DNA of 62,437 nt, counting the filler, from Porpidia crustulata (taxonomy: Eukaryota), in NCBI GenBank assembly GCA_964255105.1. It is 11 parts of 11 records of this genome, joined end to end, with 100 filler letters (N's around TTAATTAATTAA, not from the genome) between each part and the next. Parts side by side here need not be neighbours in the genome. Positions count along the whole stretch, not along the records: positions 11,426 to 17,031 come from CAXUWE010001761.1; positions 17,132 to 22,717 come from CAXUWE010001762.1; 9 more parts are not named here. One strand, 5' to 3'. Shown here piece by piece: positions 11,426 through 22,717 of the stretch (the first letter of the stretch is position 1; every line of letters starts with the position of its first letter). A program made the translations under genes and the position numbers. The notes under the pieces are model-generated. The model did not search any database and was not told the DNA's origin. It worked only from the letters and a program-made list of their open reading frames with translations.

Positions 11426-14400
11426 GTGTAGATGATGGATTTGCTGGGGGATCTGGTTGGGGATGCGTAGGGGGAGTTTGAAGTGTGGTGTGGGCGTTTG
11501 AGCTTGGCGATGAGCTTGTCGTGGGATTCGGTGCGGGGAAGCGTGTTGGAGAAGCGGTATTGGGTTTTCTGAGGGGTATCGCCGGTGGGAACGTAGTCCT
11601 GCAGTGGAGCTTGCTCGATGCTTTGGCGGAGGTCGGATAGCGGTTCTTGGATTGAAACGGTAAGCGGAGAGAGTGCATCTTGGAGAGAAGACGCGCGCTC
11701 GGACGCTTCGGTACCTAATTCGCGGATTCGGTCAGATGTTGAGGTGAAATGGTCGCCGATGTTGGAGTAAGATTGGTGGACTGTGGAGGCAAGACCTTGG
11801 AGAGACTGGACGTGGGTTTCGTGGTGGCACTGGTTTTGTGAGCGAGCTCGAGTGACAAAGTCATCAAGAGCTTGCATCTGGATAGCCATGTCCTTCATTT
11901 GGGCGTCCACGATGCGGATAGTCTCTTCGTGTACAGATTTGGTGGTTGTCTGGATGGAGGTATTACGCTCATTGACAGCCGTCCAGTCCTTCTTCATCTT
12001 GCTCTTTAGAGTATCTCTAGACTTCAGTACTTCTTCGACAACAAGGTTTTCCTTTTGAGACCAGACGTCCATGCCCTGATTGAACCGAGCATCTGCTGCT
12101 TGAAGGTTGGATCTCGAGATCGACATTTCATCGCTTATTGCATTGATCTTTGATTGCCATCGCGCTTCTTGCGTTTCACCGGATTTGTTCACCAGGTCAG
12201 CCATCTGGGAAAGTAATTCTTGTCGAGCAAGATCGGCATGATTCCGCTCCTCCTTGAGACAAGCATCAAGCCGGGCGACAGCTTGGGCTTCCGCTTGCAT
12301 TGCAGCAGTGGCGGCTAAGGAAGCCTTCTGCCTTAGTTCGTTGGCTTCTGCTTTCTGTGCGTTCAAATGCTTGACCAATTCTTCAATAATATTCTTGAAA
12401 TCCCTACCCAGCGAGCTGTAAGAAGTATGTAGCTATGATTTCAGTTAGTTCATATTTTAAGAACCAAATTATCCGGTCACCTACTTGTGTATGAAAGTCT
12501 CCTAATTCGTTTATCACTTCTGCAGATATTCGTCCTGCTGCTGCCGATAGACCACTGAGACCATCACCAACTTTTCTCTTTACGTCTTCTCTCAAGACTT
12601 TGATCTCTTCAAGAATCTCGTTCATATCTTCTTTTGCTCGTGATGTCTGTTCAACAACCTCTTTTTCTGAAGATGCAAAGGTGGATATATTTGAACTTAG
12701 CGAACTCTGAGCATTGCCAATCCTTTGCAGCTCTTCCAGTACAAATCCTTGCATCCGACCAGCGAGTGCCTTTACGAGCTGATTTTGCTGGGCCTGAAAT
12801 TCAGCTAACCTCAATTCGGTAAGTTTTGTGATGTCGGAGACTTGGCTTTGAGAAGACTGCCATTCGCGCCGATTGATATTTTGGAGATCTGATTTTCTAC
12901 GAAGCTTGGAATGAAGGCCTCCAACATCGCTGACAGTCTTCTCCAATGTTGAGATTAGATCTCCTCCCACATTTCTTAGTTGCTCCTCGGTCAATTGATG
13001 AGCTTTTCGCAGTGCAGTCTCTTCAGCAAGATTCTGTCGTGTGTCTGCAAGTACAATTTCAGTCTTTTCTAGGACGCCCTTAGTATCATCTAGAAGCTGC
13101 TTGGTTCCATCATGGTCTTTCTTCAGAATGTTAAAGTTGCTGGTTAGGGAGAATAGCTCTTGCACTTTATTCCTGAGGTTGATCTCCATAGTCTCGATCT
13201 TGGCTTTCTGTTCCTCACTGAGAATTCTTCTGGACTCACTCTCCCCCGTGATGACTTCGTAACTTTCTGTTGTCAAATAAACACCGTTCCGCTGCCTTGT
13301 TGCGATTAGCTCGCTCTTTAGCTTCTCAATCTCATTGGTGAATTCCCGCAGCAGCGTCTTTTTTGAGATCATCTGATTGACTTGAGGCTTATTGCGAATG
13401 TTCTTGGCGCGGAAAGCATAGTCTAAGGTTGAAATGGTTTCTTCTAGGTTACTCTTCGCAGGGGAAACGGTTGCAATGATGCACGTCTTTGTCCTTCCAC
13501 CTAATGAGTCTTGCAAGAGCCGTGTGAGCTTCGACTCTCTGAGACACGTTTAGTAAGAAGGTCTAGCAGATGAGGTGAAATCGATCTCACTGACCGATAG
13601 GGGATATGGGAGCCCCTCTCAACCAAGGCATTGATCACTCTTCCAAGCGTCAACAAGCTCTTATTAATGACCCCTGCCTCAGCTGCGCGTTTGTTCTCCG
13701 CTCCACTCCTTTGAATATTCTCACTACCAGCCAGATCCACCAAATTAAGTTTCCCTGCACTTACAAAATCTTCACCTGTCTCTGAAGTCCGCTTGATGTA
13801 TACAGTGACGGTAAAGACGGTGTGACTTCGAGAACTAAGATCGTTGCATTTTGTTGCTGCTACTTGCCTCTTATGGCTACCGTCCTGAAGCAACTTAATA
13901 CCAGCGCCGGCATTTTTGATGTGAGATTCTTCCATTCCTTGAACTATGGTAGCGCTATGACCTTTTTTCTGACTGTCTTCGAAAATCTTGAGCTTAATAT
14001 GATCATCATGAGACAATAAATCACGTAGCTCCTCATTGTATAATTCAATGAACGAACATTTGACTGAACTCTCGGCCTCATCCGCCTCAAGTTTTCCGAA
14101 AAGCGAGTTTAAAACTCTAGGGATGATGCCAGCTGAGTCCGACAGGAGTCCGAGTGTATCTGACATGTCTCCAGACATTGTATAAGTTTTGCCGGTCCCA
14201 GTCTGACCATAAGCAAATATTGTGCAGTTGTACCCTTGAAGCATCTGTTGTATGATGTCAGGGTATATTTAGTCTCAAGGTCTATCGTGATCATACCTCG
14301 TCAAGTATCGGAGTTACAACGTCTTCGTAAATCATAGCTTGATCAGCTGCAGGCGAGAATACCTTGTCGAAGTGATATGTCTTGTTACTCAAGGCACTGG

Positions 14401-14779
14401 CGCCCATCGATAGCTCGACGCTTTTGCCCTTGACACCATTTGTAGATACCACTACTCCACTGTTCTCTCGTACCTCGCGATCATTACGGCCCCGGCAACG
14501 AACAACCACATGGATGTTCGTCTCGTCCCCTCCATCGCCATCGAATTCTCGGTCTTTCCGCTTCGTCCTACCATTCTGTCGAGAAGGAGATTTGGATTGC
14601 GACGTATTAGTTGACATTGATAGAATACTGTCTGCTGGAGAAATTGTCCCAGATTGAGTTCTCGCCTGTAACGCAGCTGTACTTGACTGGCTTCTTGCCG
14701 TGGAAGGCCTCGAGAGGGGCGGGCGCATAGAATTTTTCTTTGTGGGCAGACCAGCGGCAGACCGTGGTAAGCCTGCCAT
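11426..14779 (-). CDS. bimC: Kinesin-5 (BimC/Eg5) mitotic motor, C-terminus truncated by contig edge
   Basis: Exons 14779-14297, 14244-13595, 13538-12485, 12432-11426. P-loop [43 protein letters not shown], coiled-coil stalk, and BimC-box-like [10 protein letters not shown]. Confidence 0.96.
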
Positions 14780-14870
14780 GACAATATCTCAGCTCCCTCT
14801 GAAAAACAGGTGGACTGTAGGGTAGCTCTTAAGAATACTGGGTGATAAATGAGATATACCTGTGCAGCAC

Positions 14871-14890
14871 GTAAACAAATGTTTGTTTAC
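14871..14890. promoter_or_regulatory. Inverted pair of forkhead-type sites (GTAAACAAA-TG-TTTGTTTAC) in the divergent bimC/UPF0183 promoter
   Basis: Perfect 9-bp inverted repeat, each arm matching the Fkh1/Fkh2 consensus GTAAACAA, about 90 nt upstream of the bimC ATG. Confidence 0.6.
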
Positions 14891-15049
14891 ACTAAAGTTC
14901 TTCGGTAAGGCTGCAAGGGTCCTGTCATCCCACGCGCGGTGTTCACATGCCCCACCTCCTATGCCCCGATTGCTTCCACTCTCCGTCCCACTCTGACCAT
15001 CCAGTTCTCTCCATGGCAAGAAATGCTTCAGATATTCCGATGCTAGAGA

Positions 15050-16679
15050 ATGTCGAAAGTTCCTGCTTTACCGATCAGTCCTGGTAGAGGACTGGGATTT
15101 CTAAGTAGCCATATCCACATACTATCAACTGCTTGCACTTGCTAATACTCAGATCGCAGTCCTTGGAGCTTCTCTACACGATATTCTGACCCGACTTAAG
15201 GCTCAGCCGCATATATATCCGACTATTGATGTCTCCTACTCCCCAAACGAGCCACTGAAAGCGCCTGTCGTCCTGAATTTAGCACCGAATGGCCTGCGTT
15301 TGCGATTCGATGGCCCAGATCAGAGGCTAAGACTCATCGAAGTCTTAGACTTTACTAGAACGCCTCTGAGCTACAGAGATGTAGATTTAGTCAAACTGCC
15401 AGACAAAATAGCTGGCGTTTACTCAGGAGTACCTGCACAACCCACAGGTCCAGCTTTTCGACACGTTTACAATAAATTGATAGGCCCTACCTTTCCCGGT
15501 GAATACATTCCGCCTCCGAATGGTGATGAGTCTCAAGTGGGCTCGTATATCCTATCGTACCCTGGTATAGCGTTCACCTTCGACCTACAGCACTCCGCAT
15601 GGTCTCCAAAGATAGACTTTGTATCCCTCCTTTCATCTAATGCAGCTTCAGCTACAAAATCGCTCGCCATATTCAATGGACCGTCCTGGCAAGAAGCACG
15701 GCAAGATTTGTTCGAGCGGTACTGTCCAAACCCAAGATCAATTGCGCTATCTAGTCGCGGTAAGGAATTTCGGCCAGACGAGATCGATCTCATCACAATA
15801 CTTGGTCACGGCAGGTTAGAGATGATGCGTCGATCATCCGCAACCTTTCTGGTGACATTGGGCGAAACTACTCCGCAAGATCTTGTCGCGGAGCTCGGTC
15901 CACCAGATGCAATTTACCGCAAGAACGACCGTAGACTTTCTATCCACAAAAGTCCCAATAGAAATCGCAGATCTTACCATCGTACGGATGGCTCCTTTCC
16001 TGGGAATTATGACGATGTGACCGATAATGATCACTCATCAGCAAATTCTGCTATAGATGAATCTGATGCAGATGAAGGATTGATACTGGCTGAGGACAAA
16101 AGCGGCACTCAATCTGCAGAATGCTTTTACAACTACTTTCACCATGGTTTTGATGTCCTGATCTCTTACCCATCGGAACCGTCCGTCCCTTTCCCATCAT
16201 CGAGACCAGAGCAGAAACGGCCTTCCGAAGTCGGAGCTGTGGAGAACCTTGTAGCATCAAAAGTGCTGTTACATGCTAATGTGCCCGGATCATATCCATT
16301 TAATCGCTACCGTCGGAGTCGCTGGGTTATCAATGCCCAAGATCCTCAAGACGCCAACACTATCTTGGGTTCAGAGACTCCATTTTCGCTGCTGTCACAA
16401 TCTCTCAAACGAATATGGCACGACAGCTATGCAAATAGACATGAAGAACAATCACAGCAACGCGGAATGGTCCTTAATCGAGGGTGGGGGAATAGCCCAG
16501 GAAGTAGCTGCGAACTGCTCGGTGGTTGGGAAGAGAGTGCGGAAACACAGAAGAAGGGGCTGGGAGGTAATTCTACTCACGGTGGCCCGGGGTTTGGAAA
16601 CACTGAGTTATTTGGCTTTCCCGGTCTCGTGTTTGAGGTTTTAAAGAATGATACTGTAAGCTGTTTAACGATTTATTGA
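15050..16679 (+). CDS. UPF0183 / PHAF1 (C16orf70)-family protein
   Basis: Exons 15050-15104 and 15160-16679. Motifs PGRGLGFLILGASLHDIL, GLRLRFDGPDQRLRLIEV, GPTFPGEY, FYNYFHHGFD, LHANVPGSYPFNRY, LFGFPGLVFEVLKN. Confidence 0.88.
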
Positions 16680-16983
16680 GCACATGCCCTATATTCAGAT
16701 GGCAATCGGGCGTTATAGCAGATTGTGGAGTTTCTAAGGAACTTTAGATAGATACCCCAGCTTTCCTTATGTAGATTTCAGGAGCAATGACGGTCCTGGT
16801 TGATCAAGCTTTGGTGGCTCGTTTAGAGACTGGCGATCAATGACTTTCAAGACTTCTTTCAAATAAGTGGTGATCTATCAAAGTAGGCATACAACTAGAA
16901 ATGTATAGAACTGATGGGGATGGCCAATTTATCGACGATTGCGGCGGATTACTTTTCATCTAATGATACTCTAGTGACTCTTA

Positions 16984-17031
16984 GGAGTATTCCCGGGCCC
17001 GTGCACGTTCCGGTCCCGTGCACACCCCACT
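16984..17031. mobile_element. Possible terminal inverted repeat of a DNA transposon at the contig end
   Basis: TA then GGAGTA and two 17-nt-period direct repeats (TTCCCGGGCCCGTGCAC / GTTCCGGTCCCGTGCAC); same layout as the pogo TIR at 45251. Confidence 0.4.
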
Positions 17032-17131
17032 NNNNNNNNNNNNNNNNNNNNNNNNNNNNNNNNNNNNNNNNNNNNTTAATTAATTAANNNNNNNNNNNNN
17101 NNNNNNNNNNNNNNNNNNNNNNNNNNNNNNN

Positions 17132-17660
17132 CAACGGAGTCAGAGTCGATCCTGACCTCCAAGTTACCCTACACCACAGCTTTTATCAAGAAAACCCTTC
17201 GCCTGTATCCCCCCACGGCCACTGTGCGTGCGGTTCCCTGGGAAGCGACTTCCTTTTCGCTTCCCCTTCCCTCTCATCCCGTTTCCATCGCCGGTCTGCA
17301 GATTTACCCTTCAATATACTTGATCCAGCGGAATCCCAATGTTTGGGGTCCCGATGCCCACCTTTTCAATCATGGCCGCTGGCTCGACGATGCCTATCTG
17401 ACTGGGTTACCCGTGGGGGCATATCGTCCATTCGAGCGCGGGCCACGAAATTGTATTGGGCAAGAACTTGCGATGCTCGAAGGTATGTTGGTGCTGGTAT
17501 CTGTCGCACGTGGGTTTATATTCGAGAAGGTCCGTTTGACGGGAAGAGTGGTGGTAGACGGGGGTGAGAAGGAAAGGGAAAGTTTGGAGTGAACACAAAG
17601 TCACGAGTGTGCCGGCTGACGGGATGGTGATGCGCATGAGCATGAGCGAGAAGGCTAATT
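17132..17660 (+). pseudogene. Cytochrome P450, C-terminal part, probably inactivated
   Basis: Heme motif FERGPRNCIG is intact, but the K-helix reads KKTLR instead of ExxR (AAA at 17191), the meander reads FNHGRW, and an apparent +1 frameshift near 17580 separates the tail VWSEHKVTSVPADGMVMRM. Confidence 0.75.
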
Positions 17661-19290
17661 TCCGGCCTCAAATGTCAAACATTTGCGTTTAGAACATCCA
17701 GGAAACAGGTCCCACAGCGCACCATACTATGGCCGGCTCGAAGTCCACGTTCGGATTTGTCATCTCTCAAGCAACCGTCCATAGCAACTGAGCTGCTGCG
17801 TCAATTTGAGGCGCTTTCGGATATGCGCAGCCACAATCTGAACTATGAGCCCACATTTCTTGCTCATCACTTCAAATCCTTTGATGCCGAGCGCGTAGGA
17901 TCACGTATGTCTCATTCTACATCAGCATTTCTCAGTAGACAAAGACTTTTGAAATTCAAAGGATTCAAGGGATGTGAGCAGAAGAGATAGAGAACGATTG
18001 CATCTAACTATCACAATTTCTCAGTGAAAGAAAGTCGATAAGTTCATGCTTTCCTTTTCGTCTAGACCCAAGTACCTACAGGCGGAGTGGGCGAGGCTGT
18101 GGCCGCAGCCTCGCTGCTTTTCGGAACATCATAATGATCGTGTCGCGAGAACTTCTTGCGGATCTTCTCCGTCAATCTCTGAAGAATCATCGATTGATGC
18201 AAAGAGGTCGACGTCGTTTATAACGTTGTTCGATTATGACAAGTACCACGGCTGAGACTCTAGACAACGCTGAGCGGAATTGAATACTGCAGTGCGACGG
18301 AATGATGATCTGGTATTGTGCTGAGAAGCACTTATTACATGAGATTCAATTCCTTACGACGCTGGTAGAACAGTTTAATGGTAATGCATCTTTCTTTGAC
18401 ATGCTCGTCGTCGAAAGTTAAAGCTCGCACACCAGAGCCGAGAAACCCTATTAACTTTTGATAACGTGTGTCAGGGCTTTTACTTCAACCGCGCGCCATA
18501 GGTTAAGATTGCTAGAGGCCTACTGATGAATGGAGCTCCGTATCGACGCTGAAGACAAACCTCGTGTGTCGTCAATCAGAATCTGCAAGTCTGTGCTGTT
18601 TGATGCAATCTTCCAACAACGATGTCTATATGTTATGGTTTCATTAGATATGCCTTCAGTCTGAAGGTGCCAAGAATGGGATGAATGGTTCGATGAAGGA
18701 TAAGAAGACAAAATCGAGAACTACAAAGAAATATCTGCTAATATACCTAAAAATAAAAAAAATCCCCCAACTCAAGCGCTCCTTTCATCCCTGCAGCAAC
18801 CGTCCATGACTTTGCAAAAACCTTCGTGAAAAGGGAATAAATATGTGCTCATACCTTGATTTGGTTTGGAATACAATACAACAAGGCCCCGCCAGAGTGA
18901 GGCTGTCAGAATCAGGATACATTGGCAAAGAAGATGGCGTGTTAAAGAGAGCTGCAGACGTACGTCAAGGGAGGACCGCAGCGGATATAAGAAATACCAT
19001 ATGGATTGACCAGCCCTTTGTAAAGGTGCCTGATTAGTGCTGGCCAGGAAGCTTTCGATAATCACGGGATGAAGCTATCAACGGCAATCAAGTCCGGTGC
19101 GTTATGTAGATTGCTACTAACAAGCAGTGCAGTGACTAGAAAGAAAGCACGAACAAGAGGCGGGCTGTTGAGGCTTTAAATGACCGACAGTCGACAAGGA
19201 TATATATGTATTATATACACCCCGAACTTAGGATTGAGTATTACCGTTTTCGATCAGGGAAGGAAGCAGGGCCGCTTTAAAGGGAGTACT

Positions 19291-19373
19291 GAGGGAGCAG
19301 GGAGAAGCAGAGGGGGGGCACGAGGGAGCAGCGAGGGAGCAGCGAGGGAGCAGCGAGGGAGCAAGAGGGAGCA
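19291..19373 (+). repeat. Purine-rich minisatellite, 11-nt unit CGAGGGAGCAG
   Basis: Three exact units at 19321-19353 plus degenerate GGGAGCA copies on both sides. Confidence 0.85.
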
Positions 19374-19559
19374 CTTTGGGGCAGTGTAGGGGCGCAGTAG
19401 GTGGGAGCCTGAAATGGCTACCTCGTACCGGCTATAGCTGCTCACGTTATTTTGTAACAGGATTCTGTCGCCTGGCTTAGCATACTACTGCCAGGCTCCT
19501 CCAATTTCGCTGATCGATGACTAGCTAACGGCTCTTGGCAATGGAAGAGAATAGTAATC

Positions 19560-20500
19560 CGCCCCTTGCTCGCGCCTAGATTACGAAGTGCTCACCAGTT
19601 ATGGGCACTTTCCCTAATGCCTCATCACTCGATTCTCCCGCGGCTAAGTGTCATCTTGATTTTATATCGAGTATCTGGCCTTGCGTCGAAGCAGACGGGC
19701 ATCAGAATCACTTCTCGTGTGACACTCTCGTTGAGACGAAGATATGTGAAGTCGTTCTCAGTATTCGCTGTCTTGAACTCGTTCAACAATTCGAAGTCAG
19801 CTTCTTGAAAGTTGATAGTTTTGACGTCGGGCGATAAGACTGAATGAAAGCGGTGTAGGCTTGTTAAAGAGAAAGATTCAAAAACAGAACTTCAATTCTG
19901 TTTAAAGATGAGCGGCGGTAACTTATCGAGTACTAGAGATAGCGCTTGATAAATCTTTTAAGGCATGCACGCATGATAGCGTATCGTCACTATTAGGTCG
20001 TAGATCTACTCTTCATCAAGCTGAAAGATATTCGAGCCCTCAATTGTGATTGAAAGATATGCTTTCATGATCTGTTGTAGTCTATTAAGAAACTTATCAG
20101 AGTCAGATATTAAAGATTGTATAAGAAGCTGTTCGATTAAAGCTCAATCTTGTTCGAGAAATCTGTGACGAGGCTTTCTTCGTATAATCTCTCTTCTTTT
20201 TTTAATGCATCATGTAAGAAGCTCAACGAAGATTCGTTTGTTTTAATAAAGATTTCAAGACGTAAAGAGCGATCTCGATTTCAGTTCTTGAGATTGTTAC
20301 GATCACAGTTCTACACAGAGAACACACTCATTTGATTGAACAAATAAGCGAATCTGTCGAATGAGTCGACTGAGGCAAGAGTCAAGCACGTCGACACGAT
20401 CGACATTTAGTCGAGATGGCGAACTGATCGACATCTCGACACACAGCAGTATATAGATGTCGCTCATTAACCGTAGTAGCCCTCGCTCTTCAGCGACTAA
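19560..20500 (-). pseudogene. Heavily mutated (RIP-like) remnant of a repeat or gene
   Basis: AT-rich and strongly depleted of CC/GG. The minus strand reads as protein-like text broken by stops (EQD*ALIEQLLIQSLISDSDKFLNRLQQIMKAYL...DEE*IYD). Family not recognised. Confidence 0.45.
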
Positions 20501-20743
20501 TACATTTATTACTTGAATACTTGCAACGAAGCATTCTTAGCTAAGTCCTATACTTCTTGTGTTGTAGTAGGCTTGTGTCCTTCATAACACGTATACGCTC
20601 AGAATTCATCACTGTCTGACAGCATTGAACGCCTCTCTTCTTATTCAGGATAAGATCGGTTCACGCCCCTTTTGTGCACATGATCGTTACAGAGATCTTA
20701 AAAGAAATCTGCTTTTCTTAAATAATTCTTGATTTGAGTAGAT

Positions 20744-21165
20744 TGTTAGACCCGCCCGAACCCTGTTCTTATAGTTACGCAGAACGACGCGTAAACATGG
20801 ACATGCTCTGTAAGATCTGTCTACAGAGCAAACAGAGCGTCATGCTCTGCGGGCTCTGGTCACAGAGCAGACAGAGCGCCATGCTCTGCGGGCTCTGGTC
20901 ACCGAGCGGACGGAGCATCGGTTGCTCTGCGGGCTCTGGCCATAGAGCAACAAGAGCAGAAGACTCTTGGCACGAATCTCCTTTGTCTATATAATGACGA
21001 GTCATTCCCTTAGATAGGAGCTTCGTGCTCAACTCATGTAATAGTCAATACCATCAGTTCTATTGTCTAAGCTATTTCCAGACCTTAGTCTACAATAGCA
21101 TGAGAGTTCGTTACTCTAGTCTATCTCTGTTTATATCTTGTGTTGTTATTAAAACAACCGTTACA
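20744..21165 (+). mobile_element. 5' LTR (422 nt) of a Ty3/gypsy (Tf1/CfT-1-like) retrotransposon
   Basis: Starts TGTTAG and ends GTTACA, has TATATAA at 20988, and is followed directly by a PBS-position motif and a gag ORF. The second LTR is not in the contig, so the boundaries are inferred. Confidence 0.75.
20802..20960 (+). repeat. About four imperfect ~39-nt tandem repeats inside the LTR U3, built from GCTCTG / CAGAGC inverted motifs
   Basis: CATGCTCTGCGGGCTCTGGTCACAGAGCAGACAGAGCG-type units read directly from the sequence. Confidence 0.85.
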
Positions 21166-21212
21166 CTTTGAGCACCATCTATCCACAAAATACCAGAGAA
21201 CCCATTCCAGTC

Positions 21213-22717
21213 ATGTCTCGGTCAGGACGAGCACCCACGCCATCGCAAGGAGCTTCAGTTACCAAGGCAGATAAGATCAAGATCCCTGTTCCGGATCTCT
21301 TTTATGGCGATAGAGAGAAGTTGGATTTCTTTCTAGTACAGGTAGAACTATATACTAGAAGGTACCGAGGCGAGTTTCGAGGGGTCGAGGATCAGATCCT
21401 TTTCGCTTCAACTTACCTTAGGGGGGATGCTTTCAAATGGTTTAAACACTTCCTAACTGACTACCTGTCCAAAGAAGACGGGGCACAAGAGCAAGAAACC
21501 AGGATCATCTTCGGAACCCCTGGAGCTTTCGAAAAAAGGATTAGAAGAATCTTTGGAGACATTGATCAAGAAAAAACAGCAGAAAGACAGCTGTACGGCC
21601 TGCGACAGAAAGAATCGGCAGCTGCCTACTCGGTCAGCTTTCAGCATATAGCGGCAAATACGGAATGGGATGACGCGGCGCTCACCAGCCAGTTCTATCA
21701 AGGGCTGCGTGAGGAAGTCAAGGACGAGATCGCTAGAACTGACCGCCCAGAAGACTTACAGAAAATAATTACCAGAGCAGTAATCATAGACAACCGTCAA
21801 TATGAAAGACGTCTGGAAAAAGGAAAACAGCATCCAGTAGTGTTGGGAAAGAGGCCCAAGGGTAAAGGAAATCGACAACCCTACTATGGACCCCAGCCTA
21901 TGGAAGTTGACGCTACCCAGAGGAAATCTCCGGGAAGGAAGCCCCAGAACAAAGTCAACAAAGGCAAAGGATGCTATACGTGTGGCAAGTTAGGACATTT
22001 CTCAAGGGAATGTTCCTAGAACAAATATAAGAACAAGCCACCTCCTTATGACAAAGGAAAATCTTTCGCAGCAACAACGAAAGAACCAGCAGACGATCAC
22101 CGTTGTCTATCGTGGACAGCATGTTATGACGACAGCTGTAACACCCACCTAAGCGACAAGGAAGGTTCGGGTTGGTACCCAAAACCACCCAGAAGAACAA
22201 AGTCCTTAGCGGCGACACATCGGCAACCAGAAGTGCACGATGAAGAAAGTGATGAAGAATCGTTCACTATGGTCTCAGAACGAGAGAACTCAAAAGACCA
22301 AGAAGTCAATGTCGAAGAACAGTTACTGCAGGCTATTCATCAAAGTAATCGTCTGGCAGGAACCATTGACTTCTTCAAGAAAGCGGCCGGAACTGCTTTA
22401 GAACAGGAAGGACCCGACATCGGAAAAGGCGTTCAACAAATTATAAGCCAAGCCAGCTTTATGAGTATTTACAACGAGATGTATAATCTTTTCATGCGGA
22501 AAGAGAAAGACTTTCCACAACGGATGCAATAGATTAAGGATGGCATCCACGAAGCTATCTATGGACCCGAGCAAAAGGGACCAGGGATGCACCAGCAAAG
22601 GGGGCAACAAATCAACTATCGTGACATAGTCATGGAATAGCCACCCACCGGAGCTAAATTCACTAAACAAGGAGGATATGTACTCCCAGACGGAGGACAC
22701 ATACCTCGGGAATTTAG
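21213..22717 (+). pseudogene. Ty3/gypsy gag (retrotransposon capsid domain + CCHC zinc knuckle), interrupted by three in-frame TAG codons and truncated by the contig end
   Basis: PDLFYGDREKL, FASTYLRGDAFKWF, FYQGLREEVKDE, YYGPQPMEVD, CYTCGKLGHFSREC, then LSWTACYDDSCNTHLSDKEGSGWYP in the same frame after TAG 22017-22019; further TAGs at 22530 and 22638. Confidence 0.9.

Noticed and set aside
18500..19037. Protein-like text with stops (RCQEWDEWFDEG*EDKIENY...)
   Set aside because: Possibly a pseudogene, but no family recognised, so not called.
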